The position numbers were made by a program, and so were the translations under genes. The notes under the pieces are model-generated. The model had not been told where the DNA came from. It did no database searches and saw only the letters and a list, made by a program, of their open reading frames with translations. Positions 1 to 12,008 of a stretch of DNA of 64,000 bases are shown here, piece after piece. This DNA is from Tubulanus polymorphus. Its lineage: Eukaryota > Animalia > Nemertea. The stretch's first letter is position 1. Every line of letters starts with the position of its first letter. The stretch covers positions 13,317,807 through 13,381,806 of the forward strand of contig NC_134031.1 in the NCBI RefSeq assembly GCF_964204645.1, in the 5' to 3' direction.

Positions 1-92
1 TCTGTATTCTTTTAATTCTACCATTATTTATAACATAAAAAAATTACCGCTCATCACTAAAAATTAATCTTAATAAAATTTTTCCTTAATAA

Positions 93-1418
93 ATGGATGA
101 GAAGATACCATGTGAAATTTGTGGTGAACTTCTAAGAAAAAGTAATATGGCTCGACATATGAAAAAACATGATGAAAATTATAAACCCCCTAAAATAAAC
201 TGCCCAAAATGTAATAAATTATTCTCAAGAAATTATGTTAAAAAACATTCAGAGAAGTGTAGAATTAATGGCGCAACGGCTAATGTTGATAGTAACGAAA
301 GTAATAGTAATTCTGCTGAAGTTGAACCTGAAGTTATTTGGAAAATACCTTTCTTATTCTATGATAAGGATAATATAAAATATCATTTCTGTGAGCCTTG
401 TCGAATGAAATATAACCCTGAAAATATAGAAGATTGGGAGAATCATCAATTTCGTAAAGTACATATAGATAAAATTTCTAATAAATTTGAAACTGAATTT
501 AATGAAAGAAAAAATAAAATATTAGAAAAAATAAAATATGAGAAAACGTTACCAGATAATGAAGAAACAGTTGAAAAGTTAGAAAAACAATATAATGAAT
601 TAACAAGAAAAACATATTATTGTAAATATTGTAAATTGATTATTACAACAAGTAATTCAAATCTACATAATAGAACAATAAAACATAAAGAAAACGTAAG
701 AAAATACCAAGAGCTTAATGAAGATCTATTACCAATAAATTATAAACAAAAATGCCCACAATGTATTTATGCGACCTTAAGACAAGAGGGTACTGTGTTA
801 TTTTGTAATGAATGTGGATGGCAAAAGAATTTATGGGGTGAAGAAAAAACTAGAAATTTTCTCATAGATCCAAAATTAAATTATCTAGAAGAAATTTTTG
901 AAATATTTTCTATGGAAGATCATACACCAGAATATATGCAATGGCTTGAAAAAATGAAAATAATAGAAAATGAAAATGGTGAAATAACTAAAAAAGATAT
1001 TATAAAAACAATTATTCCACCAACATTTAACACAAAACAAAAGAAAATGTATTTATATTTATTATTTAACGATTATTATGAAAAACCTAAATTAACAGAA
1101 GAAGATATGGAAAATATAAAAAAAATATTTAAACAAATATTAATGTATCATTTGGAAAATAGAATAACAGATTCAATAAATTATGAATTCTTTTTAAATA
1201 AGATTGTAAATTATTTAAACATAGATATTATAATTCCATTTGATGAATTAACAAACAAAAAGAAACAAAGAGAGCGAGATGAAATGTGGAACAATATAAC
1301 ACGTTATTTAAATGAGAAAAATGAAATAGAAGAACCTAAACAAATTATACAAGAACAATTAAATGAAAAAGAAGAAACCAATAGTGATTTCGAGTTTGAT
1401 GATATTGATCCATTTTAA
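93..1418 (+). CDS. Multi-zinc-finger protein with C-terminal poxvirus VLTF3 (A2L)-like domain
   Basis: Intact 441-aa ORF from TAAATG. N-terminal C2H2-type fingers, then a CxxC-x13-CxxC ribbon (CPQC...CNEC), LTEEDMENIKKIFKQIL, SINYEFFLNKI and DEMWNNI, which recall VLTF3 motifs. Confidence 0.75.
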   Translation: MDEKIPCEICGELLRKSNMARHMKKHDENYKPPKINCPKCNKLFSRNYVKKHSEKCRINGATANVDSNESNSNSAEVEPEVIWKIPFLFYDKDNIKYHFCEPCRMKYNPENIEDWENHQFRKVHIDKISNKFETEFNERKNKILEKIKYEKTLPDNEETVEKLEKQYNELTRKTYYCKYCKLIITTSNSNLHNRTIKHKENVRKYQELNEDLLPINYKQKCPQCIYATLRQEGTVLFCNECGWQKNLWGEEKTRNFLIDPKLNYLEEIFEIFSMEDHTPEYMQWLEKMKIIENENGEITKKDIIKTIIPPTFNTKQKKMYLYLLFNDYYEKPKLTEEDMENIKKIFKQILMYHLENRITDSINYEFFLNKIVNYLNIDIIIPFDELTNKKKQRERDEMWNNITRYLNEKNEIEEPKQIIQEQLNEKEETNSDFEFDDIDPF

Positions 1419-4400
1419 TAACCATAAGGTAATGTTTTTATACCATCATCTGAAATATGTCTTTTATCATCAAATGGATTTAAACTAGTTTTTTCAACTT
1501 CATTAATGTACATCTCGTGATCTTCTGATCTTAAACAATTCATTTTGTGTTTCATTACAATTGAGCTATATAAACACTTTATATAATCTTGAAATTCTAT
1601 ATGTTTATCAACCACATGTTTTGTTATTCCTTTTAACTTTTTAGCTTCATGATCTTTTGTTCTGTAACTATACATTTTACTTCTTATCCCAACAAATTCA
1701 ATCATTTCATCACCTCCTAATTCATCTTTAAACTTACCAGGAATCTTTTTATTATCATTGCTAAATAGTTCATGATCTTTGGGATAATTGCTAAAATCAA
1801 AATAATGTTTTAATGTTTTTAAGTCTTTTGTTATGTCATTTGTCTTGATTTTTAGTATGTAGGCGTCAGTATTGAAGCAAATTAATGGAAATCCACAGTT
1901 AAATGTACCATCTTCAGTTGATAAATCATAAACATAATCTGTTGGGTTATATATTTCAAATAAATCTTTAACTTCTTCAGTTAAATCTTTTTCTGTGTGG
2001 CTTAGATTAAAGCAATTTGGTTTAGATTTAATCAATCCAATATTCATATTGAAGCCTAATGAATTACATAATATATTTAACCCTGATATAGCAACTTTTC
2101 CTTTCTGTGCAAAGGTTATCTTTTTATCCTTTGTAAATTTTTTAGTACCATCGGCTGCGTAGAATCCAATGAAGAACCATTTTCTTAAATTATTTTTTGC
2201 ATTTAATACATAATCTGGAACTATCATGTATTCTATAACATTGCGATTATGATTTTGAATGTTTTATGTGAATAAACTTCTTCACAGAATTTCTTAATTC
2301 TTTCTAATAATCTTAAGTCTTGATTGCATAAATACCAGCAATATTTATTACCCCAAACATAATTATACACACCTGCTGAACCATCGCCCATGAAAAATCC
2401 TTTGATAAAATATTCTTTTTCTTCTAATGTTTCGGGTTCTATATTATAAATATTATCAATTATTTCATTAAATGACATATGATTCATTCTCCAATTTTTA
2501 TATCAGTTGGTTTTATTTCATCACCATTTCGTTTAATTAAACTATGATCTTCTGTAACATCTACGAACCCTAATTTAGTTCTAACTCTATAGATTTTCTT
2601 ATTTGTTTTATGTCTAATAATATTCTTTAATTTTTTCCATCCATTTCTTGTCCAAACATCCATTAAACCATTTATTTGTATTAATTCTTTTTCTCCATAT
2701 GAAATATAACATTCATTTTGTTTTGGAATTATTTCTGAAATTCTTCTTACCAATATTTTATTATTACATTTTAATAATATTGGGGTGTCAGCTGTTACAG
2801 AATCAAAATATAATATTTCAATATGCTTTTCCCCAAAAAGTGGTTGTAAAACATTATAATAAAAATCATACATTAATAATTTTGATACTTCTAAAACAGT
2901 TGAACCAATAAATATAGGTTTATTAAATTTCATTGATGTTCTTTTTAATTTAACTGCTGTTAAATAATCTTCAAATCTTTTATTTCCTAAATGTCTAGGA
3001 CTTGATTGTAAATGTCTTAATCTTTCAGAATTATTCACTAATTCAATATCATTTCTATTTCTAATATTTTCACATGTTTTACCATAAAAACTATTATTCA
3101 TTAATTTGAAGAAATCTTTTTCAAAATCTGTTTTTGATATGGTTCTCTGTTGAGTATTGAAATCTATATATTTTTCTAACCACTTCGATTGATTAAATTC
3201 AATATATCTATGTACTTTCTTTAATTTCATTCCTTGTTTTAGATAAAATTTTAACATTCTATAATGAACAATATAATTGTATTTATTATTTTGAGTAAGT
3301 ATTAATTTTTCTGTAAAAACATGATCTTTCGGTTTTATTTTCTTCTGGTATTCACTTAAATAACTATCATCTACAGTTAAATGTTCTGGGCAATAAGGTA
3401 AGTTTCTTGTTTTAAACTTTATATTTTCAGGATATTCTAAATCAACTACAAAGAAATAACCAATTGGTGCTTCATCTTTTAAACTCGCAATTGCGTTTTC
3501 CCAATCAGTTTTATCACCATTTTCAACTTCTGTTAATATAAAATTTTTATATGGTTGAGGTTGCATCATTGCCCAACCATATAAATGATTGGCATCAATA
3601 TATAATAATTTATATTCATCATTTGCTTTAAAATACCTATCTCCCATAACACCACTAATTCCACCTCTAATTGGTTTTTCAAATAATAAAACCATATCTG
3701 GTTCTTTTAATAAATCTAATTCTACATTTGTATATTTTAAACCACATTGCCAGGTTAAACCAGGACTAGAGTAGCAATAACAAGGATCAACATTAAAATG
3801 ATTCAAATTAACTTCTCTAAATTTTTCAAATATGTCAGCCAATATCATAACATCTGATTTTAAATATAAATCAACTAATTCGCCATGATTTTTCATCTTA
3901 AAATGGTTCCAAATATTTAATGTTCTATTAAACACTTCGTCTTTCACATACTCCTCTTTTAATTGATCATAAAATTGATCTTTTAATAATTCTGTTATAT
4001 TAAAATCATCATGTGTTTTATAAAATGAATAAGGAATTGCACCTTTATATCTCAATAATTTAAAATCTTGGTCATTTGGATAATAATATCGAGTTATAAC
4101 AAAATCATTATCAACTAAACTTTTTGATAAATTATCTAATGAACTTGCTAGAAATCTATAAGAATCTAAAAATCTAATGCAACCAAATTGAAATGAAATA
4201 TAATTTTCAGATGTTTTAGCTAATAGTTTAAAATCATATTTTCTTACATTTACACCATTCATAACATTATATTCTTCTATTTCTTGATTAATTGCACCCA
4301 ATTTTCCCGATAATTGTTTTATAAATAGATGGGTATCATATCCTGATAAATTATGAAATAATATTGGTACGAAATTTACTTTTTTAGCTTGTAAATTGCA

Positions 4401-6350
4401 ATCTTCATGAGCAGCTCCACGATATTTTGAATTCAAATGATCATGATCTCTAACTTTTTTATCAAATGAATAAAAACGTTTTTCACAGTAACAACAATGA
4501 GTTGCATAATTAAAATCAATTTCATCTTCTTTTGTCATAACTATTCTTTTATTTTTGTTTAATAATTTTGCAAAATCACTTTCTAATTCAATCATTTTAT
4601 CACAAAAATCATTAACTACATTTTCACCTCTAAAAGAAATATATTGACTTTCATATAATTCGGGATAATTTGATTTTATATAAATTCCATAAGCAGCAGC
4701 TCTTTGATGAACTTTTTTAATTGTATTTATAATTGGTGGGTCTTGTATTGTGTCTTCATTTAATTCATTTCCTTTATCCATTGATTTTAATAATTGCTTT
4801 TTGTTATATATTTCTTTTCTATCTTGATCAGTTAATTCTTTATTCAACGATTCAAAATCCCCATAAATTACAAATGGAACAATATTCTTAAATTTATGAT
4901 TAGTAAATTTCAATTTATAATCTTTTTCTTTTGGCATTATTAATTTACAAAAATCTTTATTATCACATAATTCTTTATGTTTTAATAATGTATTCTCAGT
5001 CATAAATTTAGATAAACATTTTCTACATAGATAAATTTTATTATGATGATCACTTTCTGTTCTAAAGAATAAATCAATTTGTTTTAACCACATATAATGT
5101 TCATTTTCATCTTTTTTGTAATATAACAAATCTATAGCATTTTCATCATCATAATATTCTGTTAAATATAAAGCTTCCAATGTATAATCTTTAATATTTT
5201 CACCTTTTGTCTTTGGTAATTGCATTAATTCGAATACATTTATTTCTAAATTATTAACTTTTTCTATTTTAGGAATCATTTTTATAGTTACTGGATATTG
5301 ATCAATTTTATATAATGTTTCATATTTCCGATAATCTGTTATTCTACAAACATTTTCCTGTGTTGGATGTAAGCAACTAATAATTGACCATAGAAAACAT
5401 TTATTATCTTCATTTTGAATATTTATTACTGCTTTTGTTGTAAATGATAATTTAATATAAGATGATGCTTTAATATCCTTTTCTGTTGTAAAGTTTGAAT
5501 CATTTTTAAACATTTTATTACTTTTTGATGTTTTATTCCTTTTTGTATTATAAACATTTAAATCTAAATATATAATTTCATTCAATGTTAAGCCAGAACC
5601 CTCAAAATATCTTTCTTCAATATGACGTTTAAATTCATTTAATATTTTTTCTAACTTCTCTTTTATTTGTGTTTTTGAAATTATTTCTTCAGAGAGTGTT
5701 TGAATATTATAATTCATTTTTTCTTCTGACTTTATAAAACTTACTTTCCCAGAGATACTAATTTTTGGATATTCAACATCTGTTATCAAATCTAGTATTT
5801 TTTCTATTATTTCACTAAATTTGCTATAATCTTCTATTGTTGTTCCTTCCATTTTAAAAAATCTAAATATAATAGCTGCAGGACCAAATTTACTATGTAA
5901 TGTTTCTAAAATTTCAATTGTATCTTTTATTTCTAGTGAATCAATATAATTTCTAACATTTTCCATGTAAGGTTTATTTGAAATGGATTTAGTTTTTGAA
6001 GTTGGTTTTTTTACTTTTTGAGGTTTATCGTCAAAATAATCTTTTCCTAAAACATTATTACGCAAATTTTGATGGTGTTTTTGTGATTCGAGATGTCTAT
6101 TATAATTCCTTTTTACTATAAATTCATTACAAACTTCACATTTTATTTCATCCACATTCATATTTTCTAATCGTTCTTTTCTTTCATTGGAATTTTCTGG
6201 AGTTTCAAAATCTATTACATTTTTTATATGATTTGCAGTTTTTTCATGTCGTGTTTTATTAGATGTATCGACGTATTTTTTACAATATTGGCAATAATAT
6301 TGATTTTTATTAACATTATTGTTTTCTGGCTGGTGTTCATTCTCTCCCAT
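1415..6350 (-). pseudogene. Protein-primed family B DNA polymerase (pPolB) with intein; breaks confined to the intein
   Basis: N-terminal Zn fingers; vOTU-like DNKCFLW...HYMW; exonuclease YGDFES and FHNLSGYD; EndoVII-like RDHDH...AAHEDCN; YIDANHLYGWAM; KLMNNSFYGK; YFD[intein]TDAY; KMYSY. Open 1288 aa from 6350. Confidence 0.93.
1871..2801 (-). other. Intein with degenerate LAGLIDADG homing endonuclease in pPolB motif C
   Basis: Starts SVTADTPILL right after YFD; block B DVTEDHSL; GFFMGDGS and GFYAADGT; block F YVYDLST; ends ICFN/TDAY. 931 nt versus 1065 nt in copy C because of internal deletions. Confidence 0.92.
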
Positions 6351-6810
6351 TTATTAGGAAAAAAAATTACTTGTGGTGATGAGTGGTGTCTCGTCCTCTG
6401 ATCTGAAAGCCTACTTTCCTAATTACTTCCGTGCCAGCCGGGGCTGAAATTACCGTACATGGGTTGGCTCGGATTAAAGGGCCGGAAGGGTTATATATGA
6501 CCACTTCCGAAGGTAGTCAGATTACCGGCAGCCTGTATGTAGTACCTACTGCACAGGAAGCCGGTTCCGTGGTATGCAATCGCGTAGTAGTACGGGTGCG
6601 AAACCCATCCCGCCGCGATGTGTCGATTCAGGCCGGAGCGATTATTGCTTCTGCCGTGCCTGTCGATTTCGTGGCGGGGCGTAGGTTTGTATCGGAGGAC
6701 GGGGAGATTAGTCCTTCAGGCATCGATGGTGCTACGCCGGATCTTGATACTCCTCCTCCCCGGAGGTCTCTAACGATAATGTTGCTCCTCAAAAACCTTG
6801 GCACGCATCT

Positions 6811-8487
6811 TTGTCGCGCGAGGATTTTATAAAACTGTTCCAAATGGATGGCGTAATACCTGAGGCTAGATCGAAACTCGAAGATCTGCTGTGGATGTGG
6901 CGATCTATTTTCGCAATGAGTGATCTCGACATGGGACGTACGAGTTTAATAGAACACAGGATTAACATGTCTGGTCCTACTCCTGTTCATCAGAGGTATC
7001 GGAGGATTCCTCCGGCGATGGTTAATGAAGTTAGGGAACATCTGCGCATGATGTTGGAAGCAGGTGTGATACGCCCGTCCAACAGTGCGTTTGCGTCTCC
7101 TATAGTTCTTGTTCGGAAGAAAACTGGAGAACTTAGGTTCTGTATACACTACCGTGAGTTGAACGAGAGAACCATTCCTGACAGGTTTAGCCTCCCTAGG
7201 ATCGACGAGCAGCTGGGTGCACTAGCTGGTTCCACTTACTTCTCATGCCTTGATCTCAAGAGCGGTTATTGGCAAGTAAGCATGGCTCCGGAGCATCGTG
7301 AACGTACAGCTTTTACTGTTGGTCCGGGGTTCGGATTTTTTTAATACAATGTAATGCCTTTTGGGTTAACGGGAGCACCAGCCACGTTCCAACGTCTTAT
7401 GGAGAACTGTTTAGGCGAATTAAATCTCCAGGAATGTCTTGTTTATATTGACGATATAATTGTTTTTAGTGACACCATTGATGAGCATATCGTGCGTCTG
7501 TCTGACGTGTTTAGGAAGCTTCAACAGGCCGGGCTCAAGTTAAAACCCTCAAAATGTACTTTTTTTCGCGAGAAAGTTTTGTACCTGGGACACATCGTGT
7601 CAGCGGCTGGTATTGAACCCGACCCCAAGAAATCTCAGGCTGTCCGAGACTGGGTTGTTCCCTCGACTGTTGCGGAACTCCGTAGCTTCTTAGGATTTGC
7701 CTCGTATTATCGTCGTTTCGTGAAGGGTTTTTCAGCTATTGCAAAACCTCTAAATGATCTTTTGAAGGGGTTGCCTAAATCTCGTAGGAACGAGGAGAAG
7801 ATTCCTTGGAACGACGTCCAACAGCAGGCTTTTGACCAACTAAAGTCAGTACTTTCTGAGCCTCCGGTTTTGGCTTACGCTGATTATAAACTTCCGTTTG
7901 AGCTTCATACGGACGCTTCTCTTGACGGGCTTGGTGCGTGTTTGTACCAACGCCAGGACGGAAATCTGAGACCTATCGCTTTCGCTAGTCGCGGTTTAAA
8001 AGATGCCGAGCGAAAGTATCCTATACATAAACTTGAATTCCTCGCTCTCAAGTGGGCTGTCAGTGAGGTGTTTTATGATTATTTGTACGGCAACGAGTGC
8101 GTCGCTAAGACTGACAGTAACCCATTAACATATGTTCTTTCTTCGGCGAAATTGGACGCTATGAGTCACAGGTGGCTCCAAGCTCTGTCCATTTGCAATT
8201 TGTCGCTTGAGTATTTATCCGGAAAGTGCATAGATGCGGACGCATTGAGTCGTCAAGTTCACGTTTCACCGTTAGTAGTGGATGCTTTGTGTCATTCGGC
8301 GGTGGCTACGCCAGTGCACTTTGTTGATGACAAACTTGATCAACCCGTGAACGGCCTGGGTTTTGCTCGGTGTGATCTCATGGCGGCTCAAGAAGCTGAT
8401 ACTGATATCCGTCGTATTGTCAAGCAGATCAAATCAGCTGGTCGTTACGTGCCGTCTTCTCGGTTGGATCGGAAATGGCAGAAATAA
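6811..8487 (+). pseudogene. pol: Gypsy reverse transcriptase / RNase H
   Basis: ASPIVLVRKK, LDLKSGYWQV, MPFGL, YIDD, TDAS, LEFLALKWAV; stop at 7342-7344. Confidence 0.92.
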
Positions 8488-9815
8488 ATAACTACGCTAT
8501 GAATGATGGCTTGTTATGTCGTCGTGTTGTCGAGGACAAATCCGAAATTTTTAAAGTTGTTTTGCCGTCTGCGGAGATCCCTTTTGTTTGCAAGATGTTG
8601 CATGATAACCTGGGTCATCCGGGTCGAGATAAAACGTTGGGTATGATTCGTGAGAGATTTTTCTGGCCGGGGATGTTTTCAGATATTGACCGATACGTTA
8701 AAAGTTGTTCGCGTTGTGTTATCCATAAAGCTCCTACTCCTTCACAACAGGCTACTTTAGTTCCTATCACCACGTCTGAGCCTTTGGAGGTGGTGTGTCT
8801 CGATTTCTTAACTTTGGACAAAAGCAAAGGTGGTTTTGAGAACGTTTTAGTCATCACTGACCATTTCACTAAGTATGCTTTAGCTGTTCCGACACGGAAC
8901 CAGACTGCACGAACAACGGCCCGTGTTCTATTCAATTCTTTCATTTCAAATTTTGGAATCCCTAAGAGGATTCACTCTGATCAAGGTGCGAACTTTGAAA
9001 GCGATCTCATAAAGGAATTATGTTCGATTTTCGGCATCAAGAAATCGCGCACTACGCCGTATCATCCCATGGGAAACGGTGCTTGTGAGCGCTTTAATTC
9101 AACTTTAATTCAACGTTTGGGTCTTTTGGAACCTGCAAAGAAAATTGCATGGAAAGATCATTTGTCTTCGTTTCTGTTTGTGTACAATTGTACGCCTCAC
9201 GAGTCCACTGGTTTTTCGCCATATCGCTTAATGTTTGGCAGGACTCCGATTTTGCCTGTAGACGAGGTTTATCAATTAAGCAAGCCTTCACGGCAATATA
9301 CAGCTACTCTTCAGGAGGAGTTTAATTCTTTATGGGCTCAGGCCAAAGTAAAGTTAGCGAAGTCAGCCGAGAATTCAAAGAAATACTATAATTCCAGGGT
9401 TCGTGGTATTTCGGTCGCCGTGGGTGACTTCGTTTTGGTGAAACGTGTAGGCATTAAGGGACGCGATGAACTCGGGGACAAGTGGGAAGAAAATCCATAT
9501 GTGATTGTATCCCAGCCTAATACGGAAATACCCGTCTACGTGGTCAGAGACACTGTGTCTGGTAAGACGAGGACGCTTCATCGGAACTGGCTGTTGTTCC
9601 TTTCAGTACCGCTGCGTCCAAATCGCAGCTCTGAGGTCGTTGGAGTTGGGAAACATGGTTCCGGGATTAGGAGAGATAAGACTAGTTTAGTTGAGCCTGC
9701 GGAGTCGGTCAGCAGCACGAGTTGTGATGAGACCGATGAGTTTATCTTGTTCGATCGGGGAGCGTCTCAGGGGACTTTTCCTCTTAATGAGGAATTGTCT
9801 GGTATCCCTCGTTAA
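8475..9815 (+). pseudogene. pol: Gypsy integrase (HHCC + DDE), frameshifted from RT
   Basis: H-x4-H...CxxC, LDF, HSDQG, YHPMGNGACER. Confidence 0.92.
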
Positions 9816-10838
9816 TTAACAGTAGACACCCCCGACGACGAATCTACTTTATCTGTAGTCGCATCGGACGTGAGTCCGGAAAGTCATTCTGTCGTTGAAT
9901 CGCCCCCCGTTGAGTGCGTTTCTCCAGATGAGGCTAGGCCCGACGTCAGTCCGCTAGGTGTTGATACGTCTCTTGTTGCGGACGTGCCTTTTGATGAGAT
10001 TAGGCCGGAGGTCGATCCATCTAATGAGGTGCAATCACATGATTTTTCCGTGCGTCCAGCCCATGCCGATCGTCCTACAAGGGTAAGACGTATGCCTGAA
10101 CGGTTTGCTGACTATCAGGTTGGCGCTTTAACGGTAGGTCCTTCGTGGCAACAGAAGCTGGATACTTTGTTATTGGCAAGCAAAGATGCTTCGATAAGCG
10201 GAAATCCGACTCTGTTGGCAGCGGTCTTGAAACTGTGTGAATAAGTATTTTTAAAATGTCATCAAATGTCCGGGTTATTGAAACATATATATCCATTATT
10301 TATCTAGTATATCCATTATTTTGCGTTGTGCGTTTTAATTCATTTTGGGTTTTTTTTTCTTGTCTCTTCATTTTCGTGATGTCTATAAGATGAAGTCGTG
10401 TATTACGACAAATTCTTTGAAGCTACGTCGCTTCTTATGTGTTTATTTATCTCGATCTGGGGACAGATTTTCTTTGGAAGGGTGGTGTAGATATGCCGGG
10501 TCTTTCAATATATATATATTAATTTATGTGTGTGATGTAAGTTACACGCCTGTATGTGAAACTGGGTGTAAAGTTTGAGGTGAATTTTTTTAGAATTAGT
10601 ATTATAAATAACTGTGGGAGTGGTTTGGATTTTGTTTATGTAAATTCCATTAAGTCACTAGTAATTAAGAGCTTGTAGTAGTTCTTGGTCGGTAATCTGT
10701 GCTTTGTTCTGAATGATTTCTCGCTGCGTTCCGTCCATCTGGAAGGTTGGGAATTTTAAAAAAATATTAGATTGCTTAAACGACATCCTGTTTATGTCAC
10801 TTATTTCGGGGACGAAAGTTCTTGACGTTAAGGGAGGG

Positions 10839-11235
10839 TGTTGCCGGGCTGTTTATTCGGCGGTATAATTGATAGCCTCCGTTCGGTGCTGCCATCTTAA
10901 TGGTCTGCATATAGTTTGAAGTCTTGGCGGGAACAGTGTTAGTTTGTTGGCGGTCGCCTTCCAGGCAACCACTCTGTGAAATATATGTTGATGTGATTTA
11001 CACCGTTCCCGCAGGTAAGAAAGCTTCGTATGATTCTGACTTAATTATTTAGCATGTGTAATATTTATTGGTTAGTTTGTTAGCGGTCGCCTTCCAGGCA
11101 ACCACTCTGTGAAATATATGTTGATGTGATTTACACTGTTCCCGCAGGTCTTTCGTTGTTGTTTAATGTTGGTTGGTGGAGTGGACCTCCGGACAGACGA
11201 GGCATATACAGGATTTACAAGAAAGCCCCGTCACA
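10839..11235 (+). repeat. 3' LTR of Gypsy 1 with internal 77-bp direct repeat
   Basis: Follows the PPT; ends TGTTGCCGGGCT...AGCCCCGTCACA; repeat copies at 10938-11014 and 11071-11147. Confidence 0.75.
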
Positions 11236-12008
11236 TAAAGACATAAGATAAACTAATTAGTATTCTATAATCTATGTCTCGTTGTTTGTCCAAATCAAAG
11301 AGGAATGATTACAGTTAATTTCCAACAACATGTGAACTGGATTCACTAGTAATTGTAGAAAGACTAAAGTGACTCAATTAGCTAATTTAAAAACCTTCTC
11401 AAGCCCATTCACAGTTTAAATTTGCCTAAAAAGATTAAAGGAAAGATTATTAGTAAAGTGTTGGTGGGATTGAATATCGTTTGATTAGATAAGCATACTG
11501 GTTATATACAGTACTTAAAAAAGATTTCTTGCACAAATATCAACTTTGTTATTTGTTTATTGTTCTGTCCAGGCGAAGGTTTATTATTTGCAAATTCAGG
11601 ATAACCTGATATGGTTAGTCTGAATTGGTTATTATTGTCAGTAATCAGTTATAAGTAACAACTTGTAGGGGCCATGAATTAATCTTTCTATCACATTCCT
11701 GCCCGGGTTATTGAGCCTATTTCTCAAAAAAGCAAATTTATACAGATTTTACCTGCATATTCCTGAATGTTTGGTCATTAAAGTTTGGTCAGTGAATATT
11801 TTTGTTTGATATTGTAAGTTAAGAATTTTGTTAATCGGTTTTTTGAATGTTTAATTAGCCTGTTAGTGAATAACTGAGTGAGTATTTTCAGATTACAGGA
11901 AACTACTGACGGATAATTAGCAATTTAATTCATGAATTCCTATCACCCAACATATAAAACAGGGAGTTCGGTGACAAAGTTTCATCAGTTAGTTCATATA
12001 CAGTAGCT

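Larger units (their letters stand above)
1..6395 (-). mobile_element. Polinton/Maverick element A (partial, inverted copy of family C)
   Basis: Reverse-complement match to about 41645-48405 (pPolB, VLTF3-like gene, start of minor capsid gene with ATG at 24-22). Only the inner part of the TIR remains (6351-6395), then an abrupt join to Gypsy pol. Continues off the left edge. Confidence 0.93.
6396..11235 (+). mobile_element. Ty3/Gypsy LTR retrotransposon 1, 5'-truncated
   Basis: RT-RNaseH-integrase order, PPT AAGGGAGGG at 10830-10838, then a TG..CA LTR. No gag or 5' LTR present. Confidence 0.92.

Noticed and set aside
2648-3774. Small plus-strand ORFs inside pPolB and similar antisense ORFs in Gypsy/MULE regions
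   Set aside because: They overlap well-supported genes on the opposite strand with no independent evidence.
4380-4510. EndoVII/HNH-like insertion in pPolB as a novelty
   Set aside because: Nuclease-like insertions of this type are already known in Polinton pPolBs and it is present in all three copies.
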